A stretch of 64,000 nt of DNA from Utricularia gibba (GCA_002189035.1 CM007992.1:1550001-1614000), one strand, 5' to 3'. Shown: positions 33,260 through 48,000, counted from the stretch's first letter. Numbers and translations are program-made. Notes: generated by a model from the sequence alone, not told the origin.

Positions 33260-35781
33260 ATGGCGCTTCTAGTTTCTGGTAGGAGATGGGATTTCCTTGT
33301 TTTGGCCCTGTGTTTTTTGGCGATGCTCAGCGTAGATGGCGTCCATGGGGCACACAATGTATTCACCAATCTGCAATCTGTCGTAGCCGCTAATGTGAAG
33401 CAGGAGCACCGGACAGCATACCATTTTCAACCCTCAAGACATTGGATTAACGGTACCAAATTCATGTTTTAGCTTCGCTTTCTGCATGAGTTTTGTGAAG
33501 ATATTGTTGTTTTGGAAAACCTCAATTCTTATCCAGAATCTGAACACACCACACACGAGGGCATCACTCCGCATTAATGAGGCATCCTTCCCCCTATTAA
33601 ACACACGCCATTTTTATTTTATTCTGAACCAGTCCGAATAAGCAATGACTTGGCAATTTCATTGCATGCATGCATTTTTTTTTTTTTTTTTTTTGGATTC
33701 TGATACCATTTCCTCCTTTCCTCCCTAAAAGGCAACATTTTTCCCCTTTTCCAGTTGTGTCTTAAAACCGTACCCCATGTGTTCTTTCATTCTGCTATTT
33801 TACTTTTTTGTTGATGGAAGTTTGGTTTATGAACTAATGGGCTCATGCTTTTGTTTCTCCACATGACGATCCTGGGAAAATGGAAACAAAATCAGATCCC
33901 AATGGTGAGTGTTCGTTCCTTTTAACCTTTTGGCATATTTTCCAGTTTATTCAATAGTTTGATCATTTTTTAAATAATAACAGGTCCAATGTATTACAAC
34001 GGATTTTATCATCTCTTCTACCAATACAATCCAAAAGGAGCGGTTTGGGGTAACATCGTCTGGGCTCATTCAGTTTCGAAAGACTTGATCAACTGGATCA
34101 AACTTGAACCAGCCATTTATCCATCAAAGTCATTTGATAATTATGGCTGTTGGTCCGGCTCTGCAACTGTTCTCCCTGGAAATAAGCCGGTCATTCTTTA
34201 TACTGGGATTGTTGATGAAAACAATACTCAGGTGCAAAACTATGCTGTTCCAGCTAATCTTTCAGATCCTTATCTTCGAGAATGGATAAAGCCCAATGAT
34301 AATCCATTGATCGTGTCGGATGAATCCATCAACAAGACCGCTTTTCGTGATCCAACTACAGCATGGTTCGGTCATGATGGCCACTGGAGAATTGTCATTG
34401 GTGGTCGGCGTAAGCATAGGGGAATGACGTTCCTTTACCGGAGCAAAGACTTCAAGCAATGGATCAAGGCGAAGCATCCATTGCATTCTGTGTCTGGAAC
34501 CGGCAATTTTGAGTGCCCAGATTTCTTCCCTGTTTCTGTTACCACAAGAAATGGACTTGATACTTCAGCTTTTGGGGAAAATGTGAAGCATGTGATGAAG
34601 GTAAGTCTTGATGTTACGAGGTATGAGTATTACACCATTGGGACATATCATCGTGATTTGGATAAATATATTCCAGATGAGGATTTGATTGATGGGTGGC
34701 ATGGATTGAGGTATGATTATGGAAACTTTTATGCTTCAAAATCTTTTTATGATCTTAGCAAGCAACGAAGAATTTTGTGGGGATGGGCAAATGAATCAGA
34801 TACTACTGAAAATGATGTTAAGAAGGGATGGGCCGGTATACAGGTACCTAATTAACTAGTTCTTTTGTATTTAAATTCATATGCTAATTGATTTTTTTTT
34901 TTTTTCAGTTGATTCCTCGAACATTGGTTCTGGATCCGAATGGGAGACAACTTATTCAATGGCCTATTAAGGAAGTGGAAACACTAAGGAAAAACAAGGT
35001 GGAATTGAACAACAAAGATCTTCATAGTGGACAACAAATTGAGATTCATGGCATCACTCCCGCCCAAGTTGATGTTGATGTCACCTTTACTTTTGATAAT
35101 TTGGACAAGGCTGAACCTCTGGATCCAAGATGGGATATACATGATCCACAAAAGATTTGTGGGGAGAGAGACTCAAGTGTTCAAGGAACATTAGGACCAT
35201 TTGGTCTTATTACTCTAGCTTCTGAGAAACTGGAAGAATACACTCCAGTGTTCTTCAGGATTTTCAAGGATCAAAATCAATATTTAGTTCACTTATGTTC
35301 AGATGCTTCAAGGTACTCTTAACATCTATTAATATTTGAAATATACATTACATGTCAATTATTTCGTAGGTCTTATTGTTTAACGTTTGTAGATCCACAT
35401 TGTTGAGTGGAAAATCACAAATGGATGGAGGAAGTGATGCATATCGACCATCTTTCGGAGGATTTGTGAATGTGGACTTGAAGGACAAGAGTCTTTCCCT
35501 TAGGAGCTTGGTAAAATGCCATCTCATCTCTTTGCCACAAATCCATTATCATTATTTCATTTTTTTGATGGTGCATTTGTCATTATTTTAAACAGATTGA
35601 TCACTCCGTCGTGGAGAGCTTTGCATCCGGAGGAAAGACTGTGATAACATCTCGTGTGTATCCAAGCCTAGCAATTTTTGAAGAGGCACACTTGTATGTT
35701 TTCAATAATGGTACTGTACCAGTGAGAATCCAGAAGCTGAGTTCGTGGAGCATGAAAAGGCCTGTCTACATGAACCAGTGA
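33260..35781 (+). CDS. CWINV: Cell-wall acid invertase, GH32, copy C; 6 exons, 589 aa. Exons 33260-33452, 33896-33904, 33984-34843, 34909-35312, 35393-35510, 35596-35781
   Basis: Same motifs as copy B (NDPNG via the 9-nt mini-exon ATCCCAATG, FRDP, FECPDF, SLDVTRY). The 1770-nt spliced CDS is in frame and all introns are GT-AG. Confidence 0.95.
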
Positions 35782-38244
35782 AGATATCTCATGTACAAAA
35801 CCTGGATTTTGCTGCTGCTGCTTTTTGGTGAATTCTTTTATTTCTAGTAGCTTGTCAATAATTTTCATGAAACGTAAATAAGTTCATCTGGTTTGATTGT
35901 TCTACGTTTTTTATTGTTAGATTTTTGGGACTATCCATTCTTTCTGATGTTTTTCGATGTTCCATAAAAAATGATAACCTAAGATGATCCGCACCTTCTG
36001 TTGTTGTTCCAAGATGATTTCATTTCTTCATAAAGTTCCTTAATCTTACCAAGGTATAACATCTTATAACCAAGTTCAGATTCTGGGGGAACTAACTGCC
36101 CAGGTAACAAGGAATGCCACATTGTGGTGCTACAACTGAGACATATTCAATAACTACCTTTAATCCAGTCCTAATTAGCATCCATCCACTCAAATATATT
36201 TGTTTATAAACGGAGACAAGTTTTGAATTGTTGACTATCCATCATTCCTTGTTTCTTCATTAAAAGTAAGTATGTACCCATTTCGTACTCACCAACAACC
36301 CATGAAAAAAAAAAATAGCACCTTATATTGGCTTCCAATATTTGTTTTTTTTTTCATAATTTTTCTTAGATGATGTTACATTGAAAAGAAGCGAATAATT
36401 AATATTTGGCCATTTGATTCATCCTCTCCAAAAATACAATTCACAACCAATGGAGGACAATGAGCGACACTTAACAGCAATTTATGAAGTCCTTTGCGTG
36501 GGTATTTACATCACGTGGATGGCTTGTGATGAATTTTGCTGGAGCTCTACCATTATAAACAAAAATAGTACAAAAAACTTTAAACAAAAATGGTACAAAA
36601 GATATATATAATATCTTTTGGCTAATTTATATCTTTAAACTTTAAATTCCTTAACATTTTTAATATTTTTTCTATCATCCCTAAAACTAACGTCTCCCAC
36701 CACAGCCCCACATTGACCATCCCTAAGCAAAGCACAAAGGTTTAACAATTCTCCCTTCACGCTCATTGGTAAGTGTTTTTTTTAAGAACTATCCAATGCA
36801 TGTAATTTTCTCTTTTTCCTTTGTCTTGATTAGAAGACAATTGACAAAAAGAAATATTAGGAAGAAGAGTATTAACTTGATTGATGATGACAAGAACTTG
36901 TGTGGAGAATATGGTAACAATAACAATCCAATAAATTCCAATAAGGCAGCAATTAAGCAAGTTGGACAATGAAGGAAGAATTATTTCTGATATCGGTATA
37001 TTATATGATTATATCAAATGGATGGAAGATTTAAAATATATTTTATTTAGAGAATCTAAAACAGTTTGTATTATTTTAAACTTATTAAATTATTATGGAA
37101 TAAATAGGAATACTTCAAATTGTATGATTGATGGTACATCATAAAACTCACAAGAAATAATTCAGGTACCACCAATTTTTATATTAGTATTTTGATGTCG
37201 TAACATTATTGAATGATAGAAATAATTGTATTTTTTTCAATGTTTATTATACATATTGTTGTTGTTGTTATTTGGTTTTATCTAGAATACTCCAAAATTG
37301 ACAAACCATTTCCATTATTTCAGGATTGGGAAGAAATATTTAGAAGAGATCTGAGAATTTGCATTTGAATGCAATAAATTTGTTGAAGATGTTCATAAAG
37401 GTGATAAGGATAATCCATCTTTTGATCTTAGAGTGTAATCTATATGACTTATTTTACAACTTATGATTTAAAGTAAAAGTAAAAGTAAATATTTTATACA
37501 ATATCTCTAATTGTTTTAAAACTTAACTTCTATTTCTAATTATTCATAACTTATTTCAATTTTAACTATTTTAGCAACTTATCACATAAGTTGATAAAAT
37601 ATGACTTATTCAATAAATGTAACTTGTACAATAACTTCTACTTATAAATTAAGTAGAAGTTGATGATTCAGTCACACAGACTATACCCTTAGTGATATCT
37701 TATATAGCTTTTCATCAAAAACTAAGTTGTAGATTGAATCTCTCAAAAATGCTGAATGAGCAGTGCAAATGGCAAAAATGATTGATGTTACACTTGAATT
37801 AATAAACAGACTTGGATGATAGAAAAACATGATCAAGTGGCTGATATTATCTTCCATGGGGCCGCCAGTTATCAAAGAATTCTCAACTTGATGAGGTTTT
37901 TGCAAAACTTTAGCTTTGTGCCATGCTCTTGACCTAAACTTCAACCTCGTTTTGATACCAAATGTAGATTGTAGTGCAGCGAGAGTCTTACAACTTCGCA
38001 CCGCATCATCACTTTTTTGAGCAATAGCTCTCCTATTTATATTACAACATAGAATGCTTTAGATAATTTTTCGTTGACTATTTTTAGATAATTCTTTGAT
38101 ATTCTATTTTCTTCTAGATTCTTTTTTAAGTAAAATTTACCACCATATTTTAGAATATTCTAATTATTTAATCAAGTTTTGCATCATCTTCTAGAATATT
38201 TTAATCTCTGCCTTAATTGGATTGGTTTTTACTTCGTTGGGCAC

Positions 38245-38443
38245 TTGTCATAATCAATGCCGGAGGGGTAGTAATTGGATCTCGAAATTGAGTGGGTGAA
38301 ATGGCTGGTGGTTTGTTCCCTTTATCAACTGCTGAGTCGCCAAACACGAACACTGCCGTCGCCTGAGGTAGCGCACGACAGACTTCTCCGACGGCGACGG
38401 CAGGAATATCCATTGGTACAAGAAGTAACAACGTGCTGGCCAT
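38245..38443 (-). pseudogene. Isolated, frameshifted exon 1 of a GDSL esterase/lipase
   Basis: MASTLLLLVP...ATAVFVFGDSAVDKGN (block I FVFGDS), then after a frameshift RSNYYPSGIDY..PT (cf. NY.PYGIDF..PTGRF). No following exons nearby. Confidence 0.8.
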
Positions 38444-38587
38444 CTTCTTTTCAGCGTGAATTTCCTTTTATTTTATTGTCAGAATTGAATATTCAAGAGC
38501 TAAAAGCATCGTTTGAATAATAAAGCGTCGTTGCAAATTTCTTCAATGGATTGACAATATCGGCTTATGGATACAGAGTGATAGGAA

Positions 38588-39811
<1,224 letters not shown>

Positions 39812-39899
39812 TGGAGCAGGAATGTATGAGAAAGAGATGAGGAACTCCACTCCCCTCCGCTCCTTATTTGCGACGGGAGAATTGAGATCCTGTGGATGC

Positions 39900-39965
39900 C
39901 AGGTTGCCACGTCGGACAATCCATCTCGCGACCTCATTGGTCAGTTGGCAAGATGCGCAATCCCA
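39900..39965 (-). promoter_or_regulatory. LHCB5 proximal promoter with ACGT (G-box-like GACGTGGC) and CCAAT motifs
   Basis: GCCACGTC at ~39906 and ATTGG at ~39936 on the plus strand, ~100-130 bp upstream of the ATG. Typical of light-regulated promoters; motif match only. Confidence 0.45.
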
Positions 39966-42900
39966 ATGATAATTGAGATATGGTAGATTTTATGACGTGT
40001 ATTTTACTTTTTTTTTTAATTTTGTTTACAAAAAACTGTGAGGCATCTCCAGTCCGAGAAGTGATTAATCAATTTTTCTGCCGTACAAAAAATAAAACCC
40101 TCAACTGTTAAACTCTAATTTGCATAATTAAAAAATTCATTTAAAGTTATGCTATCCTTATTTAAATCCAATTTTTTCCGCACAGTATATAAATTTTCAG
40201 ATCAAATTAAATATTTTTTAAAAAAACTGGTTATCAAACAACAAACATCTCACACTTTTTATCTGGATTAATTTTTTTAATTTTTAAATGATGAATTTCA
40301 GACCTATCGATAGGTGAGTCTTCACGTTCCTCATATTCCATGAAGGCTAAGCCTTTAGGTTGGGTGACAGATCACCGGTCCCTTTCTCATTCCCGAATAA
40401 ACGGCCGCCATAGGTAATGACTACGTCTCGTAAAATTTTAAACTACATTTAATATTTCATTTATTAGGGTGTTAAATAATATTATATTTCATTAATTAAA
40501 AATTTTTATTCAAATTTATTTTCCACTATTATAATGAAATTTAAAGATATCTGAAAATAATATGTATTTTTTAAAAACTATAGTTTTCAAATATTTATTA
40601 CATAACCTAAAAATATTTCCAAATAATATATATATTTTAAAATCTTATTCCAAATACTTATAACAAAAGTTAGCAAGGTTTAAAATTTTAATAATGCTAT
40701 TATTGTGTTTCACAAAAAATGGTATATTTATTATTTAAGAATTCATATTCCGCACATTTTTTTTATTACTATCCATTATTTTTCTTTTATATTGAATAAT
40801 TATCAAATAATTTAATATTATATATTATTAATTGATAAATTTCAGATTAATTTTTAATGTTTTCTAGAACGTTATAAGTATAAAATAAAAATTTTCAATC
40901 TTTTGCTAACATGAAAATGCTAAATGGATTTTATAATTATTTTGAATAAAATATTATCAATTATTATTACAAAAATTCAAATGTAAAAATTGTGGATAAT
41001 CCTACAAAGTATGGAAATAAATTGGCATGATGATCTTGGTGCAGATTGAGATATACCTAAACCAAGTGTCAACTAAGGTTATTGTAATGGTGGCATCTAA
41101 TAATGAATATTTATTTGTATAATTCCACTATATACTTAGATTTACTTCTGTTTTATGGAAAATTAAATTTATATTTAATATGAGAATTAGAATTTTAAAT
41201 GGATATAAAATTTTCTATTTATCAAGTTCTCCACTTTAACTCATATTATGTTCGTATTTAATGATAGTACCAAGATTTGCATGTTGCAATTTCATCAAAT
41301 ATTTAAAAGGTTCCCTCGTCAATTATTCCCATGAACCATATTATAGTTTTAGGCATACATTAGATATGTTTATGCATGATAATATACAATGTCATTATCC
41401 AATTTTTATAAATTTCTTTTTTCAACTCTACTATTTGGACATCATAACAATTGAACTCAACTCTATGTATTTGAAAATTGATTATCGTTCAATGACAAAG
41501 AAACATCATTATCAATATTACTTTCAACTTCCTATCCGATCACATAAAGTATGAGTTCATTAGATAAAATATTAATTCCAAAGTTGTTAAGGAAATGATC
41601 AAGTGTATGAACACTTGGATGATCTGACACTTGCGATATTGGTGATTCTCCTTCAAGATTTGCGTACATTGTATTTAAAATTTCAAGGTCAATGTTTTCT
41701 AAATAATAATCCATATTCAAGACTTGAATACATCATATATATAATATGTTCCAACTAGCCCATAATTAAAGTCCAATATCTACAAGTTACATCACCTAAT
41801 ATGAAGAATCAATATTCCACGATAGGGTCAATTTTATTGTATCATAGATCAACGATAGTAGTATGAATATTGAGATATCTCGAACAACCTAAGTAGAAAA
41901 TCGCGGTGGTGAGTCATAGTACATACCATTGTTTCCATAAAATAAGTTACCTGCCTAGTATTATCGGATCTCAATTGGAGAGAAAGCCATTGAAATTTTG
42001 AGAGGAAGAACAGGAGGAAAAATAATGATATAAGAGATGTATTTCATAATATGTTTTGTTACTGAATTTTGAATTGAAAAAAAAACAAATGAATTTAATG
42101 TTACATCAAACTTTTTTATAATTTTAATGTTAAAATCTGAATATGTTAATATTACATGTGTATTATTGCTTTGTTTTTGAATTTTGAATTGGAAAAAAAA
42201 CAAATTAATTTAATGTTACACCAATTTTTTTTGAGAGTTTTAATGCTAAAATACGAACATGTCAATGTCACATATATATTATTGCATTGAACAGATTGTT
42301 TATGATATAATATAAAAAGAAATAAATACAATATCCTATTTATGTGAATTTTTGTGCAAAAATTAAATATAAAATGGTGAGTGAATTTTCGTACAAAAAA
42401 TAAACAAAAATGCTGATGTGGAAATAATGTGGAATATTAAAATATAAAGTTGATTATGATTTGAAAGTATCTCTACAATACTTGATGAGAAGGAATTTGC
42501 TTGAGTTCAAACCAATTTAACAACACATACAATCTATAATCCTATCTTAAAAAATATAAGTCACATTTGTATAAGTTTTTAATTTGTTCATTGTTAACCA
42601 AGTTTAAAATTAATTTATATAAAAATAAATAATTTGAAAAATATTAATATACTTTGTAAAAAGTATTATTTAATACATAATTATTTACCGTGTTGGATAA
42701 GAAACTTTATATTGATATTCATATATAATATTATTAAATATCATAACATATAAGTTGGAGAAACATTCATTAATATAATAAGATTCATATTATATTTTAT
42801 CATAGAATTATAAATTCGATTAATAAATAGATTTGCGTTTTACTATAGATATAAATTTAAAATAACAAATTGAATAACTGTATAATATTAATTAATTATT

Positions 42901-43554
42901 GACAACAGAACAAGGACAATCTTGAGTTTAAATAATATAGGATGTGGAATTGTTGAGTTTGATTATTTTTAAAATAGTTTTAATAACACAACAGGGCAAT
43001 TCTTGGATGAATTTGGGATGCCAAACCCTAGATCATTGAGTAAAATAGTTTCTGTTATGTTTTTGTTATAAATAGGAATGATTTTTATTCTAAAAATATA
43101 GAAATGCTTTCTTATTTTATTAAAAATAATTATTGAGAAATAGAACCAAACATAACTTAAATAATGTATAATTTTTATAATCTAGATCTATATGTGTGAT
43201 CCTTGTAATGTTTCAATGATTCTCAAATTATATAATCATATTGTTAAATTATGTAATTTGTAGGAGAAATTTCTTCTGATTAAAAATTTAAAATTGTACC
43301 CTTAATTTTGAAATCTATTTAATTTATGGAAATAAGAGTATTAAAATAAACCCTAGAGAAAAAAAAGACAGTGACTACGTGAGAAAGCACACACAATCCC
43401 ATGCTGCACCCGTCACTGGATTATGGAAACTCCGAATATTCGAAAAATATAGCGCAGCAGAGATTCTATTTTTTACAATTTAATAATAAATAAATAATAC
43501 GCCCAGAAAGTTGGTTGTATATATAAGAAGGGAGCGGGGTGTCCCTGCAATTGC

Positions 43555-43776
43555 ATGACTGCGAGGATGGACGCCGGCAAGGGAACAGCGGGCTCGAAGA
43601 ACGACGGCGTCTGCTGCTGCGGCCTCATCAAGCTGCCGTCGATCAACGCCCCGGGCGCCGGTCGGAAAACCAAGGGCAGCCCCTTCAGATACACTCCCGC
43701 CACCTACGCCTTGAACTTCGACGACGGGGTGCGCGGTGACGGCGACGCCGATCAGCGACCCTCCAAAGTATCGTAG
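43555..43776 (+). CDS. Small single-exon uncharacterised plant protein with FRYxPxxYALNFDDG motif (73 aa, or shorter from the second ATG)
   Basis: GC-rich island in AT-rich flanks, TATA-like TATATATAAG at ~43518, and KGSPFRYTPATYALNFDDG resembling a widespread 'F.YDP.SYALNFD.G' small-protein family. Confidence 0.65.
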   Translation: MTARMDAGKGTAGSKNDGVCCCGLIKLPSINAPGAGRKTKGSPFRYTPATYALNFDDGVRGDGDADQRPSKVS

Positions 43777-45064
43777 TCGCCGGCGGCGAGACTATGAATC
43801 TGTGATATATATATATAAATACGTATATGTGATGGAAGAAGGGGCGGCTTGGGTCGACAATAAGTATAATCGTACCCGTTTATTGGTTGGAGTAATGAGT
43901 CTGTTTGTTGTATTTTCTTATTGAATATTATTATTTTATAGTAAATAGCCTTGTAGATTTTATTTACATTCTGTGATGAACCGGGGCTCAAATTCTCTAT
44001 ACCTTTGTTTTGGAACCGGAAAAAAATCCGGTTCAGAGGGTACATAAATATTATCAATTTTTTATTTCACGTCGCACCTTTAATTAATTTTCTCTTTTAG
44101 ATATATGAAATTAAACAAGATATCGTAATTAACTTAATTATGAATTAAAAATTTATTTTTATTCTAATTTTCTCTTGAATGAATTTAGGATGCTTCATTT
44201 TTAGTTTTTGGGAAAAAAAAAATATTATATTTAATTATTTTTTATTCGTATTACTAAAGTAGGCCGTTAGGATGGCCCGAACTTGCCAGCAGAACGGACA
44301 AAACCCGACTTTAGGGTCGCAGCCGCATATGCCATGCGCCGCCGTGTTCGACGCCCGACGGTCGACGGTGACCGGCGACGTGGGGTCAATTACGTTAAAT
44401 AAAAGAGTGGGATTCAAATATGTACGGTTTGTAAATCTCAATTTCCAATTCCACGGTCAAATCTTCTTCTACTTCTAATATCATTATTACAAAAAACTTG
44501 ATATCTTACCTTTTTTTTTGTTTTGTAATTCGTATCATTACCGTTCCCTAGCACTGGTAGCAGGCCCTGGACTGAGGAGCACCGTTAGTCAAAGAGAAAT
44601 CCGACGGCGGCGGGCGGTGGGGGATGCGCGAGCGCAGTTGTACGAAACTCGAATTCTGGGAATGGAGATTGCTTTGCGTTTGAATCGAATGTTGATTGAT
44701 TTGATTCCGAGCGAGAAAAAAGGAACTCCTTTTCTCGGGGTCGGTGGAAAAGATAAGTGAGCAAGTCATTACGGTTGACCGGAACAACATTCTTGATTTC
44801 TGTTGTCCTGGGCGTCTCGTTTTTCCCTCAGAAAATCGATGGGTTCGATGCAAGTTAAAAATATCTGATCTGTTGGAGGAGGCCAACAGGAATTAGCAGC
44901 CTCCTTTTCACGCGGTTTTTCCGTTGATTATTGCCTTTCCCTTCCTCATTTTTCCGGTTATTTAGTCTTCGTTGAAGAATCTTGACTTACGTTTAGTTGA
45001 CTTGATATTGGAACTATTGTTTTACACTGAAGTTTGTTCGGGATCTTGTGGGTTTGTGAATGAA

Positions 45065-48000
45065 ATGGGAGGTGTTTGCTCCCGAGGAACTGAGAAGAGG
45101 AATGGTGAACCCAATGAAGTTGCGCATGCCAAAAATTCTGGGTTTTCGGGGAAGCTTAAATCGGTTGGGAAATCAGTATGCAGTCAAACTGATGAAGTCT
45201 CTTATACCCATAAGGATGAAGTTGATGCTTTTGAAAAGCCCCCCCATTGTGTCTCCGATTCCGGGCAATTGAAACAAAATGCGTTGCCAAACGCACCACC
45301 CACCAAGGTAGGGTACTACTTTTCTCCTCTAATTTTCCCCCGATTCCGTTTCCTGTGCTGAGATTTTCAATGGAGAGATTGCTGAAATCCATGAAAATGG
45401 GAAGAAATTATCACATGTTTCAAGTGAAAAAAAGTGAAGTTTATACAGCGTTTATCGATGATCAGGTCATAAAGCCATGTATTGCGTGTGTATAAGGGAA
45501 AAAGACTATAAAGAGGGTTCATGCATCGTTTGAAAAGCTCTAGATTCATGTGTTTTTTAACCTGCTATGCTGTTCTTCTGAAACTGAATGTGTTGAATCC
45601 TTTGATTCCTCCCCTTCTCGTGGTGTAGGCTCGGCAACTGCCATCTTTCCTTGAAAAAGCAGGCATAGTAGGCCTTGAGAAAGCGGTGGATGTGCTTGAT
45701 GCTCTAGGTAGCAGCGTGACCAACTTGAATTCTAGTGGGTTCTCGACAGGGGTGACTACTAGGGGAAACAAAATATCCATTCTGGCATTTGAAGTTGCTA
45801 ATACCGTAGCCAAAGGTTCAAATTTATTAGACTCTCTGTCTGATAAAAGTGTAAGTGAGCTGAAGAAGGATATTTTAACATCAGAAGGGGTGAAACGGCT
45901 TATTTCTACAGATATGAATGAGCTCCTGCTTATTGCCGCTGCTGACAAAAGGTGAGGTATTTCAGGCGTGTCCTCTGGTCGTAAATCTTTTCAGTGGCGG
46001 CACATGTAAATAAGTAATATGTTTTTTGTAGGGACGAATTTGATATTTTCTCTCGGGAAGTTATCAGATTTGGAAATCTATGCAAAGATCCACAATGGCA
46101 CAATTTAGATCGCTTCTTCTCAAGGTACCTTGTGCTTGACCTTTGTCTGGCTTTTTATTCAATCTCAAAGAGTGATAATTCACTGATGTTGGCCTTATAG
46201 GTTGGAATCTGATGTGGATGCTCATAAACAGAAAAGAGAAGAGATCGAAGCTTCAATGCAGGAATTAACAGCTCTTGCTCAGCGCACATCAGTAAGTCAC
46301 CTAGTGGCTGGATCCTGTTTCCGAGATTGTGGGATATGACTACAAATTTAAGATTTAGATTTATATCTGAATATCGATGGAGCATGTCTGATGTTTAGAA
46401 CCTCAACATACTGCAGCAACTGTATCATGAACTTCATGCCTTGGACAGATTTGAGCAAGACTGTCGGCGGAAGGTAGAAGAAGTAGGCTCATTAAATCTT
46501 TCAAAGAAAGGTTCGTACGTACTGCTTTTTCTCCGAGTACAAGTTGGTGTTGCATATATTCACCTTAGGATGCATGGAGGTTCCATTGACTTCATCTTTC
46601 CATGGTTTTAAAATTGATACTTGCTTAGGAGAATGCCTTGCTATTTTACAAAGTGAGCTGAAGCATCAAAGGAAACTTGTGCGTGGCATGAAAAATAAAT
46701 CCCTCTGGTCAAAAACACTAGAGCAGGTAAATTGTAGCAAAGAGAGTGAGTGTCTTCTACTTTTTATCTGTTTCATGTTCATTTTAATATGTCTTCAAGC
46801 TGCTCTGTGAGAACGTAACCACATATTGTGAAGGTTGTGGAGAAGCTCGTCGACATTGTTGGATTTATACATCATGAGATTAATGATGTTTTTGGAGATA
46901 ACCGTACGAACTCAGTGTCTCTTCCTTTCAGTCTTCATCGTTTTTCCCATGCATTTCTAATGTTCTTCAGTATCGCAGGATGCACCAGGGAAAAGGGAAT
47001 GAGCACTGCAGCTAAACCTGAAAGACTTGGTGTAGCCGGTCTTGCATTGCATTATGCTAACATAATCACACAAATAGATACTATCGTAAGTTGATCATAT
47101 TTCCGAACCAGTTTGCATGGCTTGTTAAACATGATACCACTCAAACCCATTTGTGTTCAAGGCATCAAGGCCTGCTTCTGTCCCTCCGTATACTCGAGAT
47201 ACGTTGTACAGTGGATTGCCACCATCCCTCAAGTCGGATCTTCGCGCCCGGCTGCAGCTTTACCCCAATACGGAGGTATTTTCTCTTCTCGTTTTTGTTG
47301 TGATCATCTTTTTGACACCTCACCATTTTCAGTCATTTCCTTTGGCAGCTATCATTCCCAGAGATCAAAGCCGAGATGGAGAAGTCTCTTAACTGGCTTG
47401 TTCCTTTGGCAGCTGAGACAACCAGGTATGATGCAGCAACTTGATTGTCAGTGCTGAGAGGGTCTGAATCAAAATTGTGAAGCAACCAACCTCTGTTTCT
47501 GATGCTGAACTACTATCAAGTTCCTAATGATTCCAGAACTTTCATTCAGGGCACATCAAGGGTTCGGATGGGTGGGAGAGTGGGCGAATGCAGGGTTAGT
47601 CTACGACCAGTGCACTGATCGCATTCTTGATGTCAACATTTGCTTGCAACTGTACCTTGCCTTGATAGGAGTGAATTGGGGAAGACAGCAAGCACCTCCA
47701 GCAACCTGATCCGCTTGCAGACCCTCTACCATGCAGACAAACGCAAGGTGGAAGGCTTTATCCTTGATCTCCTAACATGGCTTCATCATCTGGTTTCCCT
47801 CGTGAAATATGGGGACAGCGGATCGAAGCCGCTTCCAGTTCGCTTCCCGGGATCCAAGCCACCCACGCAAACTCCAGGGGCGTACTCCCCGTCCAATGGT
47901 GAGGTCAAGTCCCATGATGACGTTGCCGGGATCTCTTCTGAGGACAGGGTTCTGTTGGAAGATGTGACGAAACGGAGGAAGTTGGTCCCGGGACTGAGCA

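Larger units (their letters stand above)
30409..36330 (+). repeat. Right arm of large inverted duplication (partner ~15420-20534)
   Basis: See left arm. The inner boundary falls in PTD exon 8; the outer boundary fades out in the 3' flank (approximate). Confidence 0.95.

Noticed and set aside
37681-38001. 106-aa ORF, possibly a transposase scrap
   Set aside because: Only a vague resemblance to Mutator transposase; no diagnostic motif or termini.
40288-40430. GC-richer island with ATGATGA (box C-like) and short palindromes; possible snoRNA
   Set aside because: No suitably placed CTGA box D, terminal stem or recognisable rRNA antisense element.
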